DNA of 64,000 bases from assembly GCA_024233305.1 (NCBI GenBank), contig JACKPV010000028.1, positions 93,036 through 157,035 on the forward strand. The letters are read 5' to 3'. Shown here in pieces: positions 9,723 to 19,135 of this stretch. This stretch comes from Verrucomicrobiales bacterium (GTDB lineage: Bacteria > Verrucomicrobiota > Verrucomicrobiia > Limisphaerales > J093). Within the stretch, counting starts at the first letter, position 1, and each line of letters begins with the position of its first letter. The notes under the pieces are model-generated. The model saw only the letters and a program-made list of their open reading frames with translations. It ran no database searches and was not told the DNA's origin. The translations under genes and the position numbers were made by a program.

Positions 9723-9977
9723 ATGGCCTATCGGCTGCTAATCTCGATGGAAGTGGTCGAGTTCGTCGAGCAGTTGCCAAGCCGGGCAAAGCGAAGAATG
9801 CGGGAGGTCATCCGCTCCATTGGCGAAAATCCGTTGGGCCGCTCGGACGCGGTCGATCAAGATGCTACGGGCAGGCGGCTGGAGATCGCGGTGGTGGGGG
9901 ACTACGCGTTGATGTACTGGATCGATGAAGCCCACCGCCAGGTGAAGATCCTGGATTTACACGCTGCCGACCGATAG
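9723..9977 (+). CDS. Putative RelE/ParE-family type II toxin
   Basis: 84 aa. Size, position after a small antitoxin-like ORF and the C-terminal pattern RRLEIAVVGDYALMYWIDEAHRQVKILDL resemble RelE/ParE toxins. Confidence 0.55.
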   Translation: MAYRLLISMEVVEFVEQLPSRAKRRMREVIRSIGENPLGRSDAVDQDATGRRLEIAVVGDYALMYWIDEAHRQVKILDLHAADR

Positions 9978-10196
9978 ACCGCGAGGCGATCACTGGAACG
10001 AGCGTCATCTGACGGGACGGCCGGACGGATCCAAGCCGCCGGTAGCAAACGGCCACCGTCGTTGGAACTGGTCTTCCTCGAAGGGTTTGGCTCCCACAAC
10101 GCAGTCCTCGGCCCCGTTGGTTGGTTGACCCCAGTGACGTCTCAGAGCCTGTTGCGGTGGACGCCGCGCGCGTTGAGATCGCGGCGGTTCTCGGCG

Positions 10197-10712
10197 CTAC
10201 CGAACGCGAATGCCGCCGGGGAAACGTCCGCCCGCGGTGTAGGCCGGCAACAGACGCGTCACGATTCGTTCAAGCTCCCGCTGGTCGACGGCATCGAAAG
10301 CCGACGGCTGGTCGGAGTCGATATCCAACACGGCCCGCACCTGCCCGGCGGAATCGAAGACCGGGATCACGATCTCGGATCGCGTCGTGCCCGAACAGGC
10401 GATGTGATGCGGTACGGCGGCGACGTCGGGAACCAGTTGCGTGCGCGCTTCCCGGGCGCACGCCCCGCACACGCCGCGATCGAAGGGGATCGTCAAACAC
10501 CCGTGGCCGCCCTGGTAGGGACCGATTTTGAGCAACCCCGGCGCCACCACGCGGTAAAAGCCCGTCCAGTTGAAGCGCTCCGAAAAGGCATGCACTTCGC
10601 AGGCGAGCGTCGCCATGAGGGCGATCTCGTCCGTCTCGCCCGCCAGCAGGGCATCCAACCGCCGATGCAGGTCGGCGTAGGTGGCGGCGCAGTGGGAGGG
10701 CGGCCGGTTCAT
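10197..10712 (-). CDS. msrC: GAF-domain protein, free methionine-(R)-sulfoxide reductase-like
   Basis: 171 aa. WTGFYRV...LGPYQGGHGCLTIPFDRGVCGACA...VPDVAAVPHHIACSGTTRSEIVIP matches the fRMsr/YebR GAF pattern. The start overlaps the stop of the upstream lipase-like gene. Confidence 0.75.
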   Translation of the reverse strand: MNRPPSHCAATYADLHRRLDALLAGETDEIALMATLACEVHAFSERFNWTGFYRVVAPGLLKIGPYQGGHGCLTIPFDRGVCGACAREARTQLVPDVAAVPHHIACSGTTRSEIVIPVFDSAGQVRAVLDIDSDQPSAFDAVDQRELERIVTRLLPAYTAGGRFPGGIRVR

Positions 10713-12154
10713 CGGGCCGGACGCGCGGCAAACAGGCCGGGGCCGCCGCGGAACGTCTCAAACCACGCCAACGCATCCAGAAGGCTGGGCATCACGCAGC
10801 CGCCGTGATCGGCGCCCGGCGCGGGTTCGATCAGTTCCACCGCGGCGCCCCGGGCTGCAAAGGCATCGCGGGCGGCGATGGAGTTGGCGAAGACGACATC
10901 CTGATCGCCGGTGCAGTGGTAGAGGCGGAGGGGGGACACCGGGGTCCAGTCGAGCAGCGAGTTGACCTCCAACGCCTGCCGGAGCGGATGATCGGGATCG
11001 TCCCGCAGCGCGGCCGCAATCTCGGGACGCAACGCCCGCAGCACCTCGTCCGGCATGGCGGCGTTGATTTCCGCCCCCGAGTGCTCGCCATCCAGCAACG
11101 GTGGCACGGTGGTGCGCCACGGCTCGACCAGCATTGCCTCGAGCGAATCGGCGAAGTGGTAGAGGTCCTGATACGCGGACAGCAGGAGGGCGAAGTAGTA
11201 GGGATTGGGCAGCCGCCGCCCGCTCAGGATGTCCGCCGCCGTGGTGCCCGCAAGATCGTAGGCCCCGGCCATGGGCGCGGCGGCGGTCACCGGGAACTCG
11301 TCCGGCAGGAAGGTCTCGAGTTCGCGCAGCAGCGCCAGGGTGGCGTGCCCCCCTTGCGAATAGCCGAAGAGAAAAAGCTGGTCGTTCAGGAGCCGGTTGT
11401 TCGCGGCGCAGAATTGCCGGGTGGCCCGCAACATGTCCACCGCGGCGGTCGCCTCGGACTTGGCATGGTGGTAGGGATGCCGGATCGTCGAAACGCCGAG
11501 ACCGAGGTAATCGGGCAGCGAAGCGGCGTAGCCCACGCTGGCGAAGGCGACGCCGATCATCAACTCGAGCCCGCCGGCCAGCGAGGGCGCCTCGGACCGC
11601 GCGGCCATGGTCCCGTGCTGGTAGGTGACGAGCGGCACCGGCGCGGAAAAACCCTGCGGCAGGACGAGCGCCCCGGACGCTACCGTGCGGTTACCGATTG
11701 GATCAATGGTCTCATAAACGAGCTGTCGCACCTCGACCCCCAGTTGCGGTTCGAAGTCCACCCCGGCCAACTTGAGCAGGGTCTTGATCTGCACGGTGCC
11801 GTAGACGCCAATGACCTCGCTGGAGAGCAGATGCCCCCGCTCGGATGGCTCGACGGCGAGCACGCGATAGAACCGGTGGGCGTCCCGACCGATCCCAGTG
11901 TCCGTCCAAGCGGCCCCGGTCTGCGGCCAGCTCGCGCGCCATTCGGGGGTGATCCAAATCCCATCGATGGTCCGGGCCGCCTGCACGGTGTAGGCCCAGT
12001 TCCCCTCCGGCCTGGTCCAGCCCAGCGCCAGCCCTTCCGGCGACGACGACAACGTGTCAATGCGCAGGTCGACCGGCGGGACCTGTCCCGCCAACGCCGG
12101 ACTGCCCGCCAGAACCACGCCCGGCAGCGCGAGGCAAAGGGCGGCGGTTGCCAT
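10709..12154 (-). CDS. Secreted alpha/beta-hydrolase (lipase-family) protein
   Basis: The start is trimmed to the ATG at 12154, which gives the signal peptide MATAALCLALPGVVLAGSPALA. There is a nucleophile elbow GYSQGGH and a late HG pair (GADHGGC). Confidence 0.7.
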   Translation of the reverse strand: MATAALCLALPGVVLAGSPALAGQVPPVDLRIDTLSSSPEGLALGWTRPEGNWAYTVQAARTIDGIWITPEWRASWPQTGAAWTDTGIGRDAHRFYRVLAVEPSERGHLLSSEVIGVYGTVQIKTLLKLAGVDFEPQLGVEVRQLVYETIDPIGNRTVASGALVLPQGFSAPVPLVTYQHGTMAARSEAPSLAGGLELMIGVAFASVGYAASLPDYLGLGVSTIRHPYHHAKSEATAAVDMLRATRQFCAANNRLLNDQLFLFGYSQGGHATLALLRELETFLPDEFPVTAAAPMAGAYDLAGTTAADILSGRRLPNPYYFALLLSAYQDLYHFADSLEAMLVEPWRTTVPPLLDGEHSGAEINAAMPDEVLRALRPEIAAALRDDPDHPLRQALEVNSLLDWTPVSPLRLYHCTGDQDVVFANSIAARDAFAARGAAVELIEPAPGADHGGCVMPSLLDALAWFETFRGGPGLFAARPAR

Positions 12155-12323
12155 GCGTCGGGCCGCCTGGAGCGGGACACGCGGTCGCGGCGCAGACAAG
12201 CAGGTTTCGTCGGGCCGGCGCGGTTGGTCTCTGTCGTTCACGGCGGCCAAGATGCGGGCTGTGGCGGGGCGGCGCAAAAGGTTTTTGCCTTTGCTTCGCC
12301 GCGGCCAGCATACTGCTGCGGTC

Positions 12324-13574
12324 ATGGGTGCATGGCCGATATGGGTTGCCGTTGCCGTCCTGGTTTTCGCCGGGACGAGCTTCTTTTGCGCCCTGGCGGA
12401 GACGGCCCTGTTCACCCTGAGTCACTGGCAGCTGCGGCAGATGGGCACGGCCGAAAGCGAAGCCGGGAAGCGGGTGCAACGGCTGTTGGAGACGCCGCAG
12501 GACCTGCTGGCCACGCTGGCGCTGTGGAACATGGTCGCGCATGCCGGCCTGGTGCTCGTGGCCGCGCGGTTGATCCTGGTCCGGGACTGGCCGGCCGTGC
12601 CCACGCTCGCCGGAGCATTCGTGCTGACCCTGATGGGAGGCGAGGTGGTGCCGAAAACCCTCGCGGTGCGCGCGCCGGATTTCTGGGCGCGGCGCGTGGG
12701 CTGGAGCCTGGGCTGGCTGATGCGACTGAGCCTGCCGGTGCGCCAACTGGCCCAACAGACCACCGGTCGAATTCTGAAAACCGTCCTCCAGGGACGTCCG
12801 AAGCCCGGTGACACCAGCGATGCCGAATATGCCGAACTGCTCGATCTGGCCTACCAACAGGGCGCCCTCGGAGAGGCCGGGCGCGACATCATCCTCAAGA
12901 TCGTCACGCTGGACCAGTGCATGGCCCGCGACGTGATGCGGCCCCGGGCGCAGATGATCGTCCTGGAGGACGAGACGCCGGTTCCCGAAATGCTGACGGC
13001 CGCCCGGCGGCTGGGCCATTCCCGGATCCCGTTGTACGACGAGAGCCCGGACACCATCGTGGGGATCCTCAACACCCGGAAGCTCCTGTTGAACCCCGAA
13101 GCTGACCTGTCGGAAGCGGTCGAGTTTCCGTCGTTCGTCCCCGATTCGATCAACCTCCTCCGGTTGCTGAAGAGCCTCCAGAAGCAGCGCCGGGGCATGG
13201 CCATCGTGCTGGACGAATACGGATCCGCCGCGGGCCTGGTGACCACCGAGGACATCCTGGGCGCCCTGATCGGCCGCCGCGGCGGTCCCGGCAGAGAACC
13301 CGGCGCCGTGCTCGAACGCCGCGACGAACAAACCTGGGAGGTCAGCGGGGTGGTGCGGGTGGACGATTTCCGCCGGCACTGCCCGGAACTCGGGGAGGTG
13401 GAGGAAGTGGACACCTTGGGAGGATTGCTGGTTTCGCTGGCGGGGGTCGTACCCGCGCGCGGCGCCAGCGTCACCTTCGGCAATCTCCGGCTCAAGGCGC
13501 TTGACGTCGACCAGCGGCGGGTACGGCGGCTCGAGGTCAAGGTCTTGAACCGGAAAGGAGCGGCCCGGCGATGA
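12324..13574 (+). CDS. CNNM/CorC/TlyC-family transporter (DUF21 + CBS pair + CorC_HlyC)
   Basis: ATG at 12324 (MGAWPIWVAVAVLVFAG...). A DUF21 membrane region and a CBS pair are followed by a C-terminal CorC_HlyC-like WEVSGVVRVDDF...LGGLL. Confidence 0.8.
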   Translation: MGAWPIWVAVAVLVFAGTSFFCALAETALFTLSHWQLRQMGTAESEAGKRVQRLLETPQDLLATLALWNMVAHAGLVLVAARLILVRDWPAVPTLAGAFVLTLMGGEVVPKTLAVRAPDFWARRVGWSLGWLMRLSLPVRQLAQQTTGRILKTVLQGRPKPGDTSDAEYAELLDLAYQQGALGEAGRDIILKIVTLDQCMARDVMRPRAQMIVLEDETPVPEMLTAARRLGHSRIPLYDESPDTIVGILNTRKLLLNPEADLSEAVEFPSFVPDSINLLRLLKSLQKQRRGMAIVLDEYGSAAGLVTTEDILGALIGRRGGPGREPGAVLERRDEQTWEVSGVVRVDDFRRHCPELGEVEEVDTLGGLLVSLAGVVPARGASVTFGNLRLKALDVDQRRVRRLEVKVLNRKGAARR

Positions 13575-14551
13575 CCGCAGCGCTGCTCATCGGGCTCGCC
13601 TTCCTGCTCAGCCTGAGTGTGAGTTTCGCCCTGTCCGGGATGGAAGCCGGCATGCTGTCGGTCAACCACCTGCGACTGCGGCGATGGATGCGGGAGGGCA
13701 ACCCGGCCGCCCGCCGGTTGTACACCTGTCTGCAGAATCCCGAACGGTTCCTCTGGACGATCCTGGTGGGGAACGTGCTGGCGAACTTCTTCGTGCTGAC
13801 GCTCGCGTTCTTTCTGCTGCACGCCGGGCTGGGTGGCGGCCGGACCTGGCTGGCCGGATGCCTGGGGGTCACCTTTCTCCTCTATGCCCTCGTGGACCTG
13901 CTCCCGAAAATGCTGTTCCGCTCGCTCCCCACCCGCTTGTCGCTGGCTTTTTCCCGTTTCCACGGCTGGATTTCACTCGCCCTTGGACCGGTGGTGGCGC
14001 CGGTCACCTGGCTGGCCAACGTCCTCCTGCGGTTGACCGGCGGGCGGCGGTTCACGGGCCGGATGTTCGGCAACCTCGAGGAACTCCGCCTCGTGATGCA
14101 GGAGTCCGGCGGTGCCCTCACCACCGAGGAGCGCTCGATGATCAACCGCGTGCTCGATCTGCAGGGCATGACGGCGGGCGGCCTGACGGTCCCGCTCGAC
14201 CAGGCGACCTGCGTCGCACCGGATACCACCGTCAGCGAGATCCTGAACATCTTCCGCCGGGAACCCTTCGGCCGCCTGCCGGTGCGGGATCGCGAGTCCG
14301 GCCGGGTGCTCGGCTACGTGAGCCTGCGGGCCATGCTGTACGGCCCCGAACAACCCGGCGACCGCCCGGCGGGCGAGGTGATGCTGCCCGTGCTCCACCT
14401 GCAGGAGACCGACCTCATCGAGCAGGCCCTCCGCCGGTTCCGCCGCTCGGGACAGCGGCTGGCCATCGTGCTCGACCGCCACCACCAGGAGATCGGCATC
14501 CTGACCCTCGAAGACATCCTCCGTCACATCTTCGGACGCCTGCCCTTGTGA
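13571..14551 (+). CDS. CNNM-family protein (DUF21 + CBS pair, no CorC_HlyC tail)
   Basis: ATGA overlap with the upstream paralogue. A DUF21 region and a CBS pair are present. The protein ends right after ILTLEDILRHIFG. Confidence 0.75.
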   Translation: MTAALLIGLAFLLSLSVSFALSGMEAGMLSVNHLRLRRWMREGNPAARRLYTCLQNPERFLWTILVGNVLANFFVLTLAFFLLHAGLGGGRTWLAGCLGVTFLLYALVDLLPKMLFRSLPTRLSLAFSRFHGWISLALGPVVAPVTWLANVLLRLTGGRRFTGRMFGNLEELRLVMQESGGALTTEERSMINRVLDLQGMTAGGLTVPLDQATCVAPDTTVSEILNIFRREPFGRLPVRDRESGRVLGYVSLRAMLYGPEQPGDRPAGEVMLPVLHLQETDLIEQALRRFRRSGQRLAIVLDRHHQEIGILTLEDILRHIFGRLPL

Positions 14552-14552
14552 G

Positions 14553-15881
14553 ATGAGCTGGGACGCCGTCATCGCGCTCTTGTTGAAGATCCTCGCGGTC
14601 GCCGCACTCGTGCTGCTGAACGGGTTCTTCGTCGCCGCGGAATTCGCGCTGGTGAAGATCCGGGAAACCCAGCTGGACACGCTGATCGCCCAGGGGCGGC
14701 GGGCGGCGCGCATCACGCGGCGGGTATTGCGCAATCTGGATTCATCGCTGAGCGCCTGCCAACTCGGCATCACCCTGGCGAGCCTGGCCCTGGGCTGGGT
14801 CGGCGAGCCCATCTTCAGCGCGCTGCTGCATCCCCTGTGGGAATGGAGCGGCTTCACCGATCCGGCCCGCGAGCACCTGCGCGAAACGGTGGCGGTGGTG
14901 GTGGGGTTCTCGGCGATCACCTTCCTGCACATCACCGCCGGAGAACAGGCACCCAAATGGCTGGCCATCCAGAAGCCCCTGCCAACCTCGCTCGTGGTGG
15001 CGCGTCCCCTCGAATGGTTTCACCGGATCTCGTATCCCTTCATCTGGCTGCTGAACCACGCTTCCCTCTGGTTGCTCCGCCGCCTTGGGTTGCAGATGGT
15101 GGGCGAGCACGACCTCGCCCACAGCGAGGACGAACTGCGGTTGCTGCTCGCCGCCGGCGCCCGTCGCACAGGTGCCACCGCCCTCGGACGCGCCATCGTG
15201 CTCAACGCCTTCGACCTCCGGCGCCGGATCGCCCGCGAGGTCATGCAGCCGCGGCGCGAGATCGTCGGGTTCGACGTGGCGGACCCGATCGAAAGCTGCC
15301 TGGCGCTCGCCGAGCAGACGCGGTTCTCGCGTTTCCCGCTCTTCGAGGACGGCGACCTGGATCGGACCGTGGGGGTGGTGCATGTAAAGGACCTTTACAC
15401 CCGGCGGCATCAGGCGCAGGTCGCGGCGGACCTGCTGCCCGTCGCGCGCGAGATCATCTACGTGCCGGAGACGGCCCGGCTCGAGCAACTGCTCGAACTC
15501 TTCCTCGAACGCCGGCTGCATTTCGGCATCGTGGTGGACGAATACGGCAGCACCGAAGGCATGGTGACCCTCGAAAACATCCTCGAGGAGTTGGTCGGGC
15601 AGATTCAGGACGAGTTCGATCAGGAACAGCCGCTGCTCCAGGCCCGGGGCGAGGGGGTCTGGGAGATTGACGGCGCCCTGCCCGTGCATGAACTGGAGGA
15701 GTTGCTCGGACGACCGATCCAGGAGGAGGGATTGTCCACCGTGAGCGGCCTCGTCACGCAGCGACTCGGCGGATTTCCCGCCCGGGGAGATTCCCTCATG
15801 CTAGGCGACCACCAACTCGAAGTGCTGCAGACCAGCGGTCCGCGCGTCACCCGTCTGCGTCTGACCCGTCCTCCGAATTAA
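14553..15881 (+). CDS. CNNM/TlyC-family transporter (DUF21 + CBS pair + CorC_HlyC)
   Basis: ATG lies 1 nt after the previous stop. LVLLNGFFVAAEFALVKIR, GEQAPK, CBS pair, MVTLENILEELVGQIQDEFD and WEIDGALPVHELEELL are present. Confidence 0.85.
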   Translation: MSWDAVIALLLKILAVAALVLLNGFFVAAEFALVKIRETQLDTLIAQGRRAARITRRVLRNLDSSLSACQLGITLASLALGWVGEPIFSALLHPLWEWSGFTDPAREHLRETVAVVVGFSAITFLHITAGEQAPKWLAIQKPLPTSLVVARPLEWFHRISYPFIWLLNHASLWLLRRLGLQMVGEHDLAHSEDELRLLLAAGARRTGATALGRAIVLNAFDLRRRIAREVMQPRREIVGFDVADPIESCLALAEQTRFSRFPLFEDGDLDRTVGVVHVKDLYTRRHQAQVAADLLPVAREIIYVPETARLEQLLELFLERRLHFGIVVDEYGSTEGMVTLENILEELVGQIQDEFDQEQPLLQARGEGVWEIDGALPVHELEELLGRPIQEEGLSTVSGLVTQRLGGFPARGDSLMLGDHQLEVLQTSGPRVTRLRLTRPPN

Positions 15882-16755
15882 CCGTCCCCTGCCCGGCCCG
15901 CCACCCGGCCCATGCGCCGGCTCCGACACCGGCGAGGATCAGCAGACCAAACAGACCGGCCGACCAAAGCCCGCCCCGCAGGTTCCCGAACGTGAACCAC
16001 GCCACCAGCAACAGCCAGAGCCCAGGGGCATGCAGGGTGAGCGGCATCGGGATGGGCCGCTTTGGCAGCAACCAAGGGGTGGCGAGGGTGATCATGCAAG
16101 CTCCGGCGAGAAGCCAGACCACGTAACTCCCCCACGGCGCTCCGTGCCAGGACGGCCCGCTCAACTCGGGCCAGGACCACCACCCCCGGGCTCCGACGGC
16201 AAAGGGATCCAACGCCAGCAACGCCAGCACCAGCAAGACGCTCGTGGCGCTCACCAGATGGTAGCCATAGAACTGATCCCGCCGCCAGGGACGCAGGACC
16301 AAGCGCGCCGTTTCCCGACTCATCAGCACCAGCGCGACCCAGAGGAAGGGCAACCCGAGCGGCACCAAGCCGAGCAGCCGCGGGCCCAGGGCTGCGGTGT
16401 ACTCGACCCTCCCCAGAGGCACCCCGGTCTTGGCCGACATGGCCATCACCAGCGTAATCGCCCCGAGAAGCACGACACTCCCACCGACAACGTTCTGCAT
16501 CGGCAGGCGCTGCAGCAGGATCGCCCCGGCCGTCCCCGCCGCCACCAAGCACCCCACAGCCTCCATCCATCCCAACGCCGGCGGCAGAGACACCCCGATC
16601 AACGCGAACGCGGCCAGGAGTCCCACCGTCACCGCGCAAACCGTGAGCCCCAAATCCGCTGCGCGCTGCCCCCAGGAAGGTGGTTGCCGCCGACGCTGCC
16701 GTCGCGCCCCCTGCCCCCCGCCCGGAGGCGGAAGCTCCTGTGAGATTCCCGGCAT
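15847..16755 (-). CDS. Polytopic membrane protein, DUF422 (carotenoid-biosynthesis-protein-like) family
   Basis: The start is trimmed to the ATG at 16755 so it does not overlap the upstream gene. There are multiple TM helices. The pattern GVPLGRVEYTAALGPRLLGLVPLGLPFLW resembles DUF422. The 3' end overlaps the convergent gene by about 35 nt. Confidence 0.5.
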   Translation of the reverse strand: MPGISQELPPPGGGQGARRQRRRQPPSWGQRAADLGLTVCAVTVGLLAAFALIGVSLPPALGWMEAVGCLVAAGTAGAILLQRLPMQNVVGGSVVLLGAITLVMAMSAKTGVPLGRVEYTAALGPRLLGLVPLGLPFLWVALVLMSRETARLVLRPWRRDQFYGYHLVSATSVLLVLALLALDPFAVGARGWWSWPELSGPSWHGAPWGSYVVWLLAGACMITLATPWLLPKRPIPMPLTLHAPGLWLLLVAWFTFGNLRGGLWSAGLFGLLILAGVGAGAWAGWRAGQGTVNSEDGSDADG

Positions 16756-16805
16756 GCGAAGGCGCTGGCAGCGCGGGGTGAGAACGGCGCCTGACTTCGG
16801 GAACG

Positions 16806-18194
16806 TCAGAAACCGGCCATCTCCCAGCCGGACCGATACCGGCGGCGCAACAACCGATCCGCCCCGGCGTGATTCGTAATCCGCGCCGGCGCCGCTTCCC
16901 ACCGCAACTCGACGTCCGGCACACGAACGGCAACCGTCCCCAGCAGGATCGCCTCCGTCATCGGACCGGTCTGCCCGAAGTGCGATTCGCACATCTGCCC
17001 TCCGAGACAGGCATCGAGGAAATGGTGATAGTGGTTTCGCGGCTCGAATTTCGGCCGGCGAACGTCCTTGAAGCGTTCCTCGGGCAGCAGCAGGGGCGTG
17101 CCGTCAAGCCACGTCAGCAACGCACCGTCCGTGCCGATGATCATGGCCGATTCGGCGGGGTAATCCTCGACCCCGTAGCGCTCGCGGATGTGCCGCGGGG
17201 GATAGAACGCGCCGTCCGCCCATTCGACCGTCCAGTCCTCGCCGCCCGTGAACCGGTTGCCGGGAAAGGTCCAGGTGATCCGGTTCGCCTGGGGCCAGGT
17301 GTCGGCGCGTCGCTCCCGTGATTCCTGCCAGGATGCCTGCACCTCCGCCGTCACCGCTTTCGGCGGCTGCATGTCCAACCCTTTCCATACCGCGTCGAAA
17401 ATGTGGCATCCGATATCCCCCGACCAGCCGGTGCCAAAATCCTGCCACGCCCGCCATTTGGTGGGATGATAGATGTCGGGGGCAAAGGGGCGCTCGGGCG
17501 CGGTCCCCAGCCATAAGTCCCACGCCAGCGAATCCGGAGGCGGCGCGCCCAGCGCCGGCCGCGGGCCGGGCAGGCGATAGTTCTCCACCGCGCCAGGGCG
17601 GTTCGCGGAGAGAAAGACCTTTTCGATCCGCCCGATGCGTCCCTGTTTCAGCCACATCGCCGCCGTCCGATCACAACTGCCCGAAGCCAACTGCGTCCCC
17701 AACTGCGTGATCACCCCGCGCGCCTGGGCCGCCTGCGTCAGCGCCCGGACCTCCGCCACGTCGTGGCACATCGGCTTCTGACAATACACGTGCTTGCCGC
17801 GGTCAATCGCCGACCGCGCGATGGCGTAGTGCATGTGGTCGGGAACGGTGACGTTTACCGAGTCGATCCGGTCCCCCTCCGAAGCCAGGAGTTCGCGCCA
17901 GTCGCGGTAGGTCCGCGCGCCGGGCACGGCTTCGGCGGCGCGTTGCAGATGGTTGGCATCGACGTCGCACAAGGCGACCACGCGCGTCCGGGGATGCCCC
18001 AGGAAGTTCTGCAGGTCCACCCACCCCATCCCGCCCACTCCGATGCAGGCGTGGTGGAGCACGTCGCCTCCCGCGTTCGCGCCGTTCACCGACCGGGCTG
18101 CGAACGGGGCCACCACGGCCCCGAGACCGGTTCGCGCCAGAAAGGACCTTCGCGAAAGCCCGCCGGTGACCGGGCTTGGTCGTGGTTTGGACAT
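16806..18194 (-). CDS. Gfo/Idh/MocA-family oxidoreductase with Tat signal
   Basis: Tat leader MSKPRPSPVTGGLSRRSFLARTGLGAVVAPFAA. Rossmann segment HACIGVGGMGWVD...VVALCDVD, then the EKPM-like motif VYCQKPM. Confidence 0.85.
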   Translation of the reverse strand: MSKPRPSPVTGGLSRRSFLARTGLGAVVAPFAARSVNGANAGGDVLHHACIGVGGMGWVDLQNFLGHPRTRVVALCDVDANHLQRAAEAVPGARTYRDWRELLASEGDRIDSVNVTVPDHMHYAIARSAIDRGKHVYCQKPMCHDVAEVRALTQAAQARGVITQLGTQLASGSCDRTAAMWLKQGRIGRIEKVFLSANRPGAVENYRLPGPRPALGAPPPDSLAWDLWLGTAPERPFAPDIYHPTKWRAWQDFGTGWSGDIGCHIFDAVWKGLDMQPPKAVTAEVQASWQESRERRADTWPQANRITWTFPGNRFTGGEDWTVEWADGAFYPPRHIRERYGVEDYPAESAMIIGTDGALLTWLDGTPLLLPEERFKDVRRPKFEPRNHYHHFLDACLGGQMCESHFGQTGPMTEAILLGTVAVRVPDVELRWEAAPARITNHAGADRLLRRRYRSGWEMAGF

Positions 18195-18496
18195 GCCCCC
18201 TGTCTAGCAAGCGCCGGGGCGGATGCAAGCGGTTTCATGCTCCGCTCAGCCCGCACCAGCCGGGCCAATCCCCGAACGCGGGGTCAACAATGCGCGACGT
18301 ACAACAGCACCGTGCGCGTGGCGTCGCCGCACGGCGTGGAGCGGCAGGTGGGGGATAGCCCCCAGCACGGCCACCGACCCCGCCCCGGGACTTGGGGCCA
18401 CCTCCCCACCTCCCCTGCCCCGCCCGCGGATCCGCCGCGTGCACAATCCTGCAAAACGTCCTGCCGCCAAATGAGTTGGACTCGAACGCCGCGCGC

Positions 18497-18511
18497 TGGC
18501 ATGCTCCCTGC
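18497..18511 (+). promoter_or_regulatory. Possible sigma-54 type -24/-12 element (TGGCATGCTCCCTGC)
   Basis: GG and GC are spaced exactly as in the TGGCAC-N5-TTGC consensus, about 50 nt upstream of the ATG at 18561. No enhancer-binding protein is visible in the window. Confidence 0.2.
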
Positions 18512-18560
18512 CTTACGGTCGGGTCGAAGGAAGTCGAGTTGAACGACAGAGATAAACACG

Positions 18561-19130
18561 ATGAAAACCATGAAGACGAAGAACTGGATCGCCCTGACCA
18601 TCGTCACGGCAATGTCCTTCGGGGCGGCCGTTGCTTGGGCGGGGGAGGATCCCGGAACGGGTGACGGCACAGACCCGGTCATTGAGGAACCGACGGATCC
18701 CGGCACCCCGCCGGACACGGAAAACCCCGGAAAGCCCGGCAAGCCGGAAACCCCGGTGCAGGCCGGAAAACCGGATGACGTCGGCAAACCCGACAAGCCG
18801 GAGAAACCGGAGAAGCCCGAGCGTCCTTCGCCCGCCGTGCCCGACGAGATCAAACAGATGGTGAAAGAAGCCCTCGAGGCGCGAAAGGCGTTCATGCGGG
18901 AGCAGAGCGAGCTCCTGAAGCAATGGAAGGCGGCGGAGCAGGACAACCGCGAACAAATCCGGCAGCAGCTCCGCGAACAACTCGAGCAGTTCCTCGAGGA
19001 ACAGAAGCAGAAGCGGGAGCAGCTGCATGTCCGCCTGCAGGAGATGCGGCAGGAGTTCAAGAACCAGCGGGATGCATTGCTTGATGCGGCGCAGGATCAG
19101 GCACGGGAACGGGCCGGGCGGGATCGCTGA
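18561..19130 (+). CDS. Secreted protein with Pro/Lys/Glu-rich repeat region and Gln/Glu/Arg-rich helical C-terminus
   Basis: Signal peptide MKTMKTKNWIALTIVTAMSFGAAVAWA, a low-complexity PGKPGKPETP...KPDKPEKPEKPERP stretch and a long predicted helix. No family was recognised. Confidence 0.6.
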   Translation: MKTMKTKNWIALTIVTAMSFGAAVAWAGEDPGTGDGTDPVIEEPTDPGTPPDTENPGKPGKPETPVQAGKPDDVGKPDKPEKPEKPERPSPAVPDEIKQMVKEALEARKAFMREQSELLKQWKAAEQDNREQIRQQLREQLEQFLEEQKQKREQLHVRLQEMRQEFKNQRDALLDAAQDQARERAGRDR

Positions 19131-19135
19131 GTCGC

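Noticed and set aside
10805-12811. 668-aa plus-strand ORF
   Set aside because: It is antisense to the lipase-like gene and out of frame with the CNNM gene, and has shadow composition.
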